From: Zancudomyces culisetae HAW-14-8
Lineage: Eukaryota; Fungi; Kickxellomycota
NCBI GenBank assembly: GCA_052426225.1
Contig: JBNJNM010000010.1
Span: forward strand, 1,054,001-1,118,000
DNA: 64,000 bases
Direction: 5' to 3'
The stretch's first letter is position 1; each line of letters opens with the position of its first letter. The notes beneath the pieces were generated by a model, which ran no database searches, had not been told where the DNA came from, and saw only the letters and a program-made list of their open reading frames with translations. A program made the translations under genes and the position numbers. This document shows, piece after piece, positions 48,019 to 58,400 of the stretch.

Positions 48019-50282
48019 CTGTTGTAATTTTAGTTTGCAGAAAATTTCTCAGAAAATTTTCGCAACTAAACCTACAAAAAGTTCTGCTAATAGAGGGGGA
48101 TTGTTACTGGAATAAGTTTTACTTTATTTAACCAGTCAGCCCTACCTTTTTAGCTTATATTAAATTTAGTTTTATGTATTTATTACTTCAATAAATGCGA
48201 TAAAACTGGGTAAAATTACGCCCAACTCCTAAAATTTGGTGTGCAAAACAATTAATTTTGGTCCAAAAATTAGACTCTGATACCTTTCTGATACCCTTTG
48301 AAAATTGTGTTACGCTTCACTACCTATGTTTTTTTTTGGTTTTAGGTAGGTTTTTGCTCAAATCACAAATTTCAATTTTATAGAGTAAAATCAAGTATTT
48401 TAGAGCTAATTTGTATTTTATTTAATGAATAACTTTTTAAAAATAAAAAAGATAAAACCACCAAACTTGTGGTGGGGTTACTAGTAATATACTAGTACCT
48501 GACTAGCTATTTTATTAGAACTTTATATAATAGAAACTTAAAATAAAATAATTAAAACTGAATATTTCTCCAACATTTGGGTAATTTATTACCCAAGAAA
48601 TCCCAGATTTCTTGCTCGAACACCCGAGATAACGGTGGTTATTCGGTGTTTGAGAAGCTGTATGCTGTTCATCCAATAGTTTAGCTTGGGTTGAACTAAG
48701 CATACAACATGTGTGTCGTATAAATGAATTTATTTATACTTTATTTGTTTAATCTATATTATAATTGTTCAATAACTAGTATTATCGTTATATTTTAAAT
48801 ACTATATAGTCGTTGAATCGCGTAATCAATATATACGTTGAATTTCCAAAACCTATTTTTATTGTTATATCTCGAATCTGATATCTCTCTCTTTTCTCCT
48901 TCCTCTAAAATAAATACTAAATATATTTTGAATCGAAACCGAAATAATTTCACTTATTTACGGTTACGTAATTAAACCAATAAAATTCCTAAAAAATATT
49001 ATTTCAATTAACCAATAAAACTAAGTATTAAAATAACTAAAAATGTTTGAATAAAGTCGTATTTGGCACTATACGACAGCACTCCCCCTTCAAGCTATAA
49101 TGTCCTCATTATAACGTGCTTGTTTAAACGTATTTAACTTAGGTCTCAGGCGACTAGTAATTTCAGGGATCATAAATCTCGATTCGTGATATAGCTTAAG
49201 TAAATCTCCATTGACCAAATCTCGGTTCCCAAGCTGGTCTGTTATAAGGTAGGCACCTTTACTAAACCTTCTTATAATAGTAAATGGACCCTCCCAGAGA
49301 GATTCCAATTTACCTCTATCGTATTCTACTACTTTCAAAACTTTATTTCCGACTTGAAATTTCGTGGGTTTAACAGTCTTATTATATCGAATCTTCTCGG
49401 CTTCTTTCGCTGCAACGGCTTTTCGAACACCGATTTTTCGAATTTGTGGTAAATCAGATTGCATCAGTTTAAGTCGGTGCTCGATTTGTTTAACGTCGTC
49501 TTCGATTATCCCGTTCGTCTTCCACGTCGAAGGCATTTGCAATTCGGTTCCATAAAGCATCTCGGCAGGTGTATATCCGGTACTTTTACTGTTCATTGTA
49601 CGCATAGTAAGTAGTACTTTCCACAAGTACCTATCCCAATTATTCTTATCTACTTTGCATATTTTTTGTAATAAACTTACTAATGTTTTATTTAACCGTT
49701 CAACTTGTCCATTCGACTGCGGGCGGTAAGAAGTAGTCGGACTGTGGTCCAGTTGCAACCAGGAGTAAACTTCCGTCGATACATTACTGACAAAACTCGA
49801 ACCTCTATCCGTTATTATCTTTTGCGGTACCCCATAGTAAGTCACAATTTCGTTTATTACAAAATCCACAATAGTCTCACTTAGTAAATTTTCAACTGCA
49901 ACTGCAATATGCCATTTAGTACAATAGTCTATTGCAGTTAGTATATAGCGATTCCCTGTTTCAGAAACAGGATTAATGGGACCGATTGCGTCCATACCGA
50001 ATACTTCGAAAGGCCTAACCGCATGTACTGGATTCAAACCGTGCTTTCGAGTTCTCCCATCCTTGTACGTCTGACAAGTGTGACACCTCTTGACGTAGTT
50101 GTCATGAGTGTTATACCCAAGTACTTATTAGTTAAATTATTATATTAATATTTTATTGCTAAAGATTCAAAAGCAATAAAATCTTAATTTCCTAAATACT
50201 AAAATAATTGAACAAAAAAAAGTTACTGAAAATTTAACCAATTAAATTAATGACATGATTGGATCATGACATCACCCCAGTC

Positions 50283-53200
50283 TTAAATCCTCTTTAAGGG
50301 TTTACTTGGCTTGTTAGGATTATTAATGTGGAACAGCTTGATTAAGTGTGAGGCGTGAACATCCTTCGAGTCCTCCCAGGTACAATCTTCTGGTCCATAT
50401 CCGTCCCAGTCAATCAAGTATTTCAACTTTCCACGCACGATCTTAGAATCAAGTATATCTCGAACTATATACTCCTCATGTCCATTGATAGTGATGGGAG
50501 GTGGAGGCGGTTGTAATCGTGAGGTCATCTTAGCGTCTTTGACAAGTTTGAGCAGTGAAACATGGAAGACGGGATGTACTTTCATGGAAGGTGGTAGTTC
50601 CAGTCTAGCAGCAACTGGGTTAACCATTTCAGTAATGGTAAATGGCCCAGTATATTTGTAATCCAGCTTAGCCGATGGTCTTTGACAAGGGAGGTTTGCT
50701 TGAGACAGCCAAACTTTGACACCAGGTCTGAACTCGCTAGAATCGCTTCTTTTCTTATCAGCAAATTTCTTGTATGTTTCCTTGGCTATGTCGAGACGAG
50801 ATTTTAATAGGTTATTGGTAACTTTGAGATTTGAAATAAATTCGAGAGCCATGGGAACATTAGAATCTGATGATGTGTCCAAGTATAGATCGGGGTCAAA
50901 TCCGTAATTTGCACGGAAAGGGCTGATACCTGTAGAAGCGTGAGAAGCGTTATTGTACGCAAACTCAGCGAGGGGAAGTAATTGAGTCCAGTTGTCTTGT
51001 TGAAAGTTTATGAAACAACGGAGATACTGTTCAAGTATCTGGTTAACTCTTTCAGTCTGACCATCTGACTGTGGATGGTAGGCTGAAGACAGATGTGATT
51101 TAATGTTTAACAGGCGTAGGAGTTCCTTCCAGAACTTGGAAACAAACTGTGGACCCCTATCAGACACTATACTCTGAGGCATACCATGTAGTTTAAAAAC
51201 ATGATTAATAAATTTTGTAGCAGTCTCAATAGCTGATGGTGTTGAGCAAATTGGAATAAAGTGGGCCATCTTAGTTAGACGGTCTACCACTACCAACACT
51301 ACTGTATTACCCTGGGATTTGGGTAATTCGACAATAAAGTCCAGCGATACGGCCTTCCAGGGGCCTGTAGGTGTATCCAGGGGCATCAATAGTCCTCGTG
51401 GCTTACTTAAGCTATGCTTGGCCCTGTTGCATACAGTGCAACTGTCAATGAAGTCCTGAACAAAGTCCTTCAACTTCGGCCACCAAAATTTACGTGATAC
51501 GAGGCTGTGTGTTTTTGCTCGGCCGAAATGACCAGCTAGTGGCGAATCGTGAAACAATTCAAGTACTTTAATGCGGAGGGGCTCTGGTACGTATATCAGG
51601 TTTCTGTATCGGATGAGATCGTCTATTATTGTTATCTGTGAGCTTGGGTCTTTAGCTTTTATTTTCAATTCATTTGCCACTGTATCGCTTTGCAAAGCGT
51701 TTTTAATAAGGGTATGCAAGTCAGTGGTTTTTTCAGTGTTTATGGCATTTACAACGTGGTTCGGGCTGAGTATGTTCTCAAGTTGCATGGTTGCTACTTC
51801 CCTCTTAAGAGTCTCTCTTCGTGACAGTGCGTCTGCCTTTCCGTTCTGAATTCCTGGCCTGTATTGCAAATTGATGTCAAATCGTGATAGAAACAGCGAC
51901 CATCTCGCCTGTCGCTGATTAAGAATCTTGGCCGATTTAAAATACTCCAAGTTTTTATGATCGGTGATTATTGTTACGGGATTATTAGCACCTTCCAGAT
52001 GATGTCGCCAGTGTTCCAGAGATGCCTTTATGGCTAAGAGTTCCTTATCATATATATTGTAGTTTATTTCGTTTGGAGACAAGGTGCGGGAATAGAAAGC
52101 ACATGGATAGTTTTTACCGTTATGGTTCTGTGACAATACTGCACCTAAAGCTGTGTTAGAGGCGTCGCACTCTAGTATGAATGGAAGATCTGGGTTAGGG
52201 TGTTTAAGGATCGGTGCTGTTGTAAAGCATTGCTTTAGCTTATCAAATGCATTCTGTTGAGTGTGGGTCCATAGAAACTGTACCCCTTTTTTCAATAATT
52301 TAGTTATTGGAGACACTACTTTAGAAAAGTCTTGGATAAAGCGTCTATAAAAATTGGCAAAGCCCAGAAATACTTGGATTTCTTTAACTGATTTTGGCGC
52401 CTTCCACTCTTTTATAGCTGTGATGCGCGATGAGTCCATCGAAATACCTGTGGCCTTGACTATGAATCCTAAGAATTCGACATGGTCCTTGTCGAATTCG
52501 CATTTCTCCAACTTGACGTAGAGTTTATGTTGGATAAGACGTTTCAATACTTGGCGGACATGATCGGTATGTTGGTTGGAGTCTTTGGAGAAGATCAGAA
52601 TGTCGTCCAGATAAATGACTACAAACTGGTCTAGTATGTCCTTGAAGATGTCGTTCACAAAGTGTTGAAATGTAGCTGGCGCATTAACCAACCCAAAAGG
52701 CATGACATTATACTGAAAATGGCCATACCTGGTTCTAAAAGCTGTCTTCCATTGATCACCATCCTTGATACGTACTAGATTATATGCTCCTCTAAGGTCC
52801 AGTTTTGTGAATACTTTGGCCTCTTGGACTCTTTCAAGCAGTTCAGTCATGAGTGGGAGCGGATACCTATTCCGGACAGTGACTTTGTTAAGCGCTCGAT
52901 AATCGACGCAAAGTCGAAGGGATCCGTCCTTTTTTTTGACAAACAGTATCGGTGCCCCCGCTGGTGAAGTCGATGGAACTATGAAGTCTTTCGCTAGGTT
53001 TTCGTCCAAGTACTCTCTCAGTGCTTTCAGTTCTACCTGTGATAGAGAATATATAGGTCCAAAAGGGATCTTAGCATTTGGTACAAGATCTATCGGGCAA
53101 TCATACTGCCGATGAGGTGGGAGTTGTTCTGCTAGTTGCTTATCAAATGCCTGTTGGAGATCATGATACTTTTCTGGAAGTACCACTTTGCTGTCTAGTT

Positions 53201-54599
53201 GTGACTGTTTATTTTGAATGTGGTTAATAAGTCCAATTATGTGAGCAACCACCATTCTCCTCCTTTTTTGCGGCAAACTGCAATTGATATCGTTTTCAAA
53301 ACTTCTTTTACGTATTGGCTCAACAGGGAGTGGAGGTGATGGTGGAGGTGGGCTATGAAGAACGGAGGGCATTATGGGTTTTGAAGCGCTTTCAAACTGA
53401 GATTCCATAACATTTTTGTAGGAGTGTACGCTATCCATTTCGCTGATGACAGATTCTAGGTCGTCATTGATGTTCGCTATGTCTATGGATTCTGCAATAC
53501 TGTTTTCTTCAAAGTTAAAACCATATTTATTTTCGTGGTCTCTTTCGTAGTCATACTCTTTTTCTTGGTTCTTATGATTGGCGTTGTAATAGTCATGGTA
53601 GACTTTGGTATCTTGGTCTATGTTATTTTTCTGATCTTGGTCTTGGTTAACTTCTTGGTCTTGGTCTATGATATTTTTCTGATCTTGGTCTATGTTATTT
53701 TCTTGGTCTTGTTCTTGGTCATTGTCTTGGTTTTGGTTTTGGTCTTGGTCATTGTCTTGGTTTTGGTCGTTGTCGTTGTCTTGGTTTTGGTCTTGGTCTG
53801 TATCAGCTTCATTTGTTATGTCTTGATACTTAATTTGATTATGGTCCAGATCCTGATTAATTTTGTAATCATGATTTTGTTTCCTAATATTGAATCCTTG
53901 GTTTAAGATCTGGTTATATGGCTGTTGGTTCACTTTGAAACAATCTTGTGTAGATTGTTCCAAAGTTGCTGGTGGTAGTACTGATGGTAAGTTTACTTGG
54001 ACTCCGAATGTTGGTGCTGAAAGTCCGAATCGTGGTGGTGATTTAACTCTGGTTGTTACGGATACAGTTTTCTTTTGGCAGTTCTTCTGGCAGTATGTGT
54101 TTTCAAATTTTATCATACGTTGTTTCCATAGTATTGTTGGTTGATGCTTTTCAAGCCATGGCAACCCTAATATTATGTCTGCATGAGTGCTAGGTAGTAT
54201 TTCAAACTTTATGTATTCCCAATGAGTTCTGTTGGCTTGGAGTAACAACTGTTTAGATTCATGTGTAATGGGTCCCCCTGTCATTTGAGTTCCATCTACA
54301 AATTCTACCGGTACTGAGTTGGGTTTTTTTATGATTGGTATCCCTTTATTCTTGACGAAATCAGAGTCTATAAAAATGCCTGAGGCTCCTGAATCTATCA
54401 TGGCTAAAACTTTTATTAATTTTGTACTGGATAGGTGAATAATAACTGTGAAGTAAAAACGATGTTCGTGCTGTGGATATGCGAGACTACTAAGATTGTG
54501 GTGAATTGAATCCTTGGAAATTTTAATAGGAGGAGTGATTTTATCCTTTGTGTGGTCCAGGCTTAACTCCCCCTCTAAGCCTGAACATTCTTGTTTCCC
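50283..54599 (-). CDS. Pol (PR-linker-RT-RH-IN-chromodomain), reached by -1 frameshift
   Basis: IDSGASG, IYLDDIL, ECDASN, VSDRG, EYIVRDILDSK...YLIDWDGYG; -1 frame open from the slippery site to the PR. Confidence 0.94.
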   Translation of the reverse strand, partial: GKQECSGLEGELSLDHTKDKITPPIKISKDSIHHNLSSLAYPQHEHRFYFTVIIHLSSTKLIKVLAMIDSGASGIFIDSDFVKNKGIPIIKKPNSVPVEFVDGTQMTGGPITHESKQLLLQANRTHWEYIKFEILPSTHADIILGLPWLEKHQPTILWKQRMIKFENTYCQKNCQKKTVSVTTRVKSPPRFGLSAPTFGVQVNLPSVLPPATLEQSTQDCFKVNQQPYNQILNQGFNIRKQNHDYKINQDLDHNQIKYQDITNEADTDQDQNQDNDNDQNQDNDQDQNQNQDNDQEQDQENNIDQDQKNIIDQDQEVNQDQDQKNNIDQDTKVYHDYYNANHKNQEKEYDYERDHENKYGFNFEENSIAESIDIANINDDLESVISEMDSVHSYKNVMESQFESASKPIMPSVLHSPPPPSPPLPVEPIRKRSFENDINCSLPQKRRRMVVAHIIGLINHIQNKQSQLDSKVVLPEKYHDLQQAFDKQLAEQLPPHRQYDCPIDLVPNAKIPFGPIYSLSQVELKALREYLDENLAKDFIVPSTSPAGAPILFVKKKDGSLRLCVDYRALNKVTVRNRYPLPLMTELLERVQEAKVFTKLDLRGAYNLVRIKDGDQWKTAFRTRYGHFQYNVMPFGLVNAPATFQHFVNDIFKDILDQFVVIYLDDILIFSKDSNQHTDHVRQVLKRLIQHKLYVKLEKCEFDKDHVEFLGFIVKATGISMDSSRITAIKEWKAPKSVKEIQVFLGFANFYRRFIQDFSKVVSPITKLLKKGVQFLWTHTQQNAFDKLKQCFTTAPILKHPNPDLPFILECDASNTALGAVLSQNHNGKNYPCAFYSRTLSPNEINYNIYDKELLAIKASLEHWRHHLEGANNPVTIITDHKNLEYFKSAKILNQRQARWSLFLSRFDINLQYRPGIQNGKADALSRRETLKREVATMQLENILSPNHVVNAINTEKTTDLHTLIKNALQSDTVANELKIKAKDPSSQITIIDDLIRYRNLIYVPEPLRIKVLELFHDSPLAGHFGRAKTHSLVSRKFWWPKLKDFVQDFIDSCTVCNRAKHSLSKPRGLLMPLDTPTGPWKAVSLDFIVELPKSQGNTVVLVVVDRLTKMAHFIPICSTPSAIETATKFINHVFKLHGMPQSIVSDRGPQFVSKFWKELLRLLNIKSHLSSAYHPQSDGQTERVNQILEQYLRCFINFQQDNWTQLLPLAEFAYNNASHASTGISPFRANYGFDPDLYLDTSSDSNVPMALEFISNLKVTNNLLKSRLDIAKETYKKFADKKRSDSSEFRPGVKVWLSQANLPCQRPSAKLDYKYTGPFTITEMVNPVAARLELPPSMKVHPVFHVSLLKLVKDAKMTSRLQPPPPPITINGHEEYIVRDILDSKIVRGKLKYLIDWDGYGPEDCTWEDSKDVHASHLIKLFHINNPNKPSKPLKRI
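54528..54599 (-). promoter_or_regulatory. -1 ribosomal frameshift signal: GGGAAAC plus predicted pseudoknot
   Basis: In-frame G GGA AAC, 6-nt spacer, 11-bp stem, loop complementary to downstream ACUCCUCC. Confidence 0.85.
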
Positions 54600-55432
54600 T
54601 GGTTATATTTAGCTGATTTTTCTGGACAACTTACCACTTGATGACCTTCACCTCCACAATAAAAACACAAGCCCTTCTTCATTCTTCTCTCTCGCTCCTG
54701 AGTTGAGACTACTTTTTGCAATGAATCCACTTGCATTGGTTCAAACTGGTTTGTGTTAGGCTGAAGTTGAAGTGGGAATCCTCGCTTCTTTCGGACCTTA
54801 TCTTCTTTTCTTCTTGTCAATCTCGTGTCTATATTTATAGCTGCATTTATATAGCCTTCAAGATCTTGGGGTGTTTTAAACAAAGCAAGCGCGTCCAAAA
54901 TATTGTCATTTAGTCCTTCGGCAAATTGTGACACATAAGCGGATTCATTCCAATCTAGATCCATTATTAAACGTCTAAATTCAGAAGCGTAGATAGCTAC
55001 CGACTGTGGTCCTTGCCTTAGTGCTCTAACTGCATCGTTTGCAGTCTGAGTTCTCTGGGGATCATCAAATACGCGGGAAAACTCTTTTAAAAACATCTCA
55101 AAATTGTATAGTACGGGGCTATTCTTCTCAATAAATGGTGAAGCCCATAATAGGGCGTTACCACTTAGAAGAGACATCACAAGACCTACTTTTGCTGAGC
55201 CAGTTTCATACTGATCATGGTGTGTTAGGAACAACAGCTTACATTGGTTAACAAAGCCCCTATACTGTCTACGATCACCATCGTAGCGTTCAGGTAAAGA
55301 GATTCTTGACGTGGCTACATGGGTATGCGGGGTTGAATCTCTTGTACTCAAATCTTTTAGCTGTTGGTTTTCGTTTTTAAGAATTTGAATCTCCAAGGTT
55401 AACTTGTTAAATCTTTCTTCGATTGAGTCCAT
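54575..55432 (-). CDS. Chromovirus Gag
   Basis: LPERYDGDR, EPMQVD, CFYCGGEGHQVVSC. Confidence 0.94.
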   Translation of the reverse strand: MDSIEERFNKLTLEIQILKNENQQLKDLSTRDSTPHTHVATSRISLPERYDGDRRQYRGFVNQCKLLFLTHHDQYETGSAKVGLVMSLLSGNALLWASPFIEKNSPVLYNFEMFLKEFSRVFDDPQRTQTANDAVRALRQGPQSVAIYASEFRRLIMDLDWNESAYVSQFAEGLNDNILDALALFKTPQDLEGYINAAINIDTRLTRRKEDKVRKKRGFPLQLQPNTNQFEPMQVDSLQKVVSTQERERRMKKGLCFYCGGEGHQVVSCPEKSAKYNQGNKNVQA

Positions 55433-58400
55433 AATGTTTGATCCTATTAAAACTTAATTGTAGGTGGGTATGAAGCAATAAAATAATGTCATGAGTGTTA
55501 TACCCAAGTACTTATTAGTTAAATTATTATATTAATATTTTATTGCTAAAGATTCAAAAGCAATAAAATCTTAATTTCCTAAATACTAAAATAATTGAAC
55601 AAAAAAAAGTTACTGAAAATTTAACCAATTAAATTAATGACATGATTGGATCATGACAGTAGTCGGCTACCTGCCTGTATAACCCTTTCGAATAGTGATC
55701 TCTGCTCACTCTAGCCCAAGTATTTTCGATCCCCTCGTGTGTTTCCTCATGGACCTTTTTGACTAGTTCGATGCTTTCCGCTTCCGTTAGAACTTCTTTC
55801 AACTTACCTCTTACCCATTTGTAAATAACACCATCTATCACCTTAAAATATTTTGCTTTTTTCTTTATTTTTTCAACTAATTCAACAGTAGCTTCTCGCG
55901 GTATAGTACCGCCTAATAAATAATTTCTAACTAAACTTTCTTCACTGTATACCATTCCGAACACCTCAACATGCTCATCCTCGGTTATCTCATGTATTCC
56001 ACTTCTTGACAAATGGTCCGCTGGATTGACCTTTCCAGCTATATGGACTATATCAAACTCAAAGTTACGCAGAAACATAGCCCACCTGGCTAGTCTTCCA
56101 CTTAGTTCTTCACCGTTAAACATGTTAAGTAGTGCTTTATGATCCGTCCTAATAATAAATTTTCTTCCGTAAACATAAAACTTGAACTTCTTTACGGCCC
56201 ACACGACCGCCAGTCCCTCCAGGTGACTAATTGAATAATTTCTTTCCGCCTTGTTTGTAGTTCGGCTCGCGTATTCAATCGGTCTCTCATTTCCATCAAC
56301 CTCTTGCGATAAAATCGCTCCGACTCCACATATCGCTGCGTCCGTTGTTACAATAAAAGTTTTGTCCCAATTCGGATGTGCAAGTACTGGCGTATTTGTC
56401 ATAGCATTTTTCATTCCTCGAAACGCTTCGTCTTGTTCTTTTCCCCATTTCCAACCTGTACCTTTTTTTAATAATTGTGTTAGTGGGTTAGCGACTATAG
56501 CATATCTTTCAATAAATTTTCTATAGTATCCAGTCATCCCTAAAAATGACTGAACTTCCTTCACACAAGTTGGAGGCTTCAAATTCGCAATTGATTCTAC
56601 TTTTACCGAACTTGTAGCTATACCATCACCAGAAATAACGTGCCCCAAGTAGTCAATTCTATACAATCCTATTTTGCACTTGTCTTTGTGTAACTGTATT
56701 TGCCCTTCTTTTAATAACTCCATAACCTCTCTTAAATCTTCTAAATGACTGTCCTCGCTTTTAGAAAAAATTATTATGTCATCTACAAAGACAACAGCTT
56801 TTTTCCAAAGCACTTTTTTTAACACAGTCTCCATCGTTCTTTGAAAGGTAGAGGGGCTGTTTGTCAAACCGAACGGCATGACGTTGTAGAGATAACTCCC
56901 CCCTCCTGGCAAAGCAAATGTGGTTTTCTCCTTATCCTCTTCTGACATCTTTATTTGCCAAAAGCCGCAGAGTGCATCTAATGTTGTAAAGATACACGCA
57001 CCAGCTAAGGCCATAAAAAGGTCCTGAATGATCGGCAACGGGTACGAGTCTTTAACCGTCACCGCGTTTAACTTCCTATAGTCTGCGCAGATGCGCAGCT
57101 TACCATTCTTCTTTTGGACAACAACAACTGGGGAGCACCACTCGGCGTTACTTATTGCGATAACTTTTTGCTCAAGCATCCTATCGATTTCCAACCCTAC
57201 TTCCTCTTGCAGTCGAAATGGTATCCTATAGGGCCTCTGTTTGATTGGCCTGTTATCTGTGAGTACTATCTTATGCTCTGCAACGTTAGTTTGTTTTAAT
57301 TTATCTATATCCTCTACAAATAAATCATCATATTCCTCTAACAGTTCCACTATACCATTATTTAATTTTCCTTGTGTTCCTATGGGCGCTTCAGAAACTA
57401 AATATAAATCCCATTCTTCTTCAACCACCGGCGTCGCTTTGGTTGTTACCAGCGGGGTAACTACTTCGGCTCTGTCAACTGGCAGTCTCAACTCCGGAAT
57501 TCCTAGGTTTAGGTTTGCTTTATGCTTAAGCAGCCAGTCCATACCTAAAATTAAGGTAGGTACCTTGTTGCCCAGCACCACTAAGGATGCAACAAACTCA
57601 ATTCTACTAATCATAATAGGTACTCCCGTAACTATCCCAAGAGTCTCATGACGTTTACCATCCGCCGTGATGATAACATGTGAACTTTTGTGTGTCGGCT
57701 CCAAACCAATCTTCAGCAAAGCACCAGTAGTTACGACGGAGCAGGCGGCTCCCGTGTCCACTACAGCTTTCCACTGTTGTTGGTATATCTCCACAGACAT
57801 ACTACAGTTAGTAGTAGTCTTTTCTTGCAGTCTTATCTCGTTCAGGGCAGTGTTAGGTCCAACCTCGACAATGTTTTTCCACTCTTGCGCTATCTTCTCT
57901 GAGTTGTGCAACAGCTGTATCATGCTTATTTTAGGGTAAACCTTTTCTAATTCTTCCCTTAAATTAAACTTTTTACCTTTATCAATCCTAACAAACTCAG
58001 GTTGCACACTCCTCCCAGTTAAGACTTCCGGTTCCTCTGTCTCCCTGGTGTTCCTAACTTTTGCTGGCCTGCCTACTCTGCCCATTGACTCTACTGCTTT
58101 CCGTTTCTCGACTGTAAGTACTTCATCTTCTATAGTGATTTCTTTGTCCATATCTAAGAAATTCACCTTCTTCTCCGCATGCTCCTTCTGGAACAGTGGA
58201 CATTCAAATCTCCGGTGACCTTTTTCATGGCAGTAGTAGCACTCCCAAGCGCTTGCCCTTTCCACTTTTGACTGACTCACGTATTCCTTTTTAGGGGCGA
58301 CTGTCTTATCCAACTTTTCTAAGAGACTGACGCTAAGCTCCTGGAATGTCTTGAGAAACTCTCCAAACTGCCCGGACTCCGTGGTTAACTCTTTAACCGT

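Larger units (their letters stand above)
42323..48709 (-). mobile_element. Ty3/Gypsy element E; 690-bp LTRs 42323-43012 and 48020-48709
   Basis: G-run PPT at 43013-43024; PBS 48002-48018; LTRs nearly identical except a U3 patch. Confidence 0.96.
50100..55658 (-). mobile_element. Intact chromovirus H; 172-bp LTRs 50100-50271 and 55487-55658
   Basis: No LTR difference seen; perfect TSD GTAGT; intact gag and pol. Confidence 0.97.
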
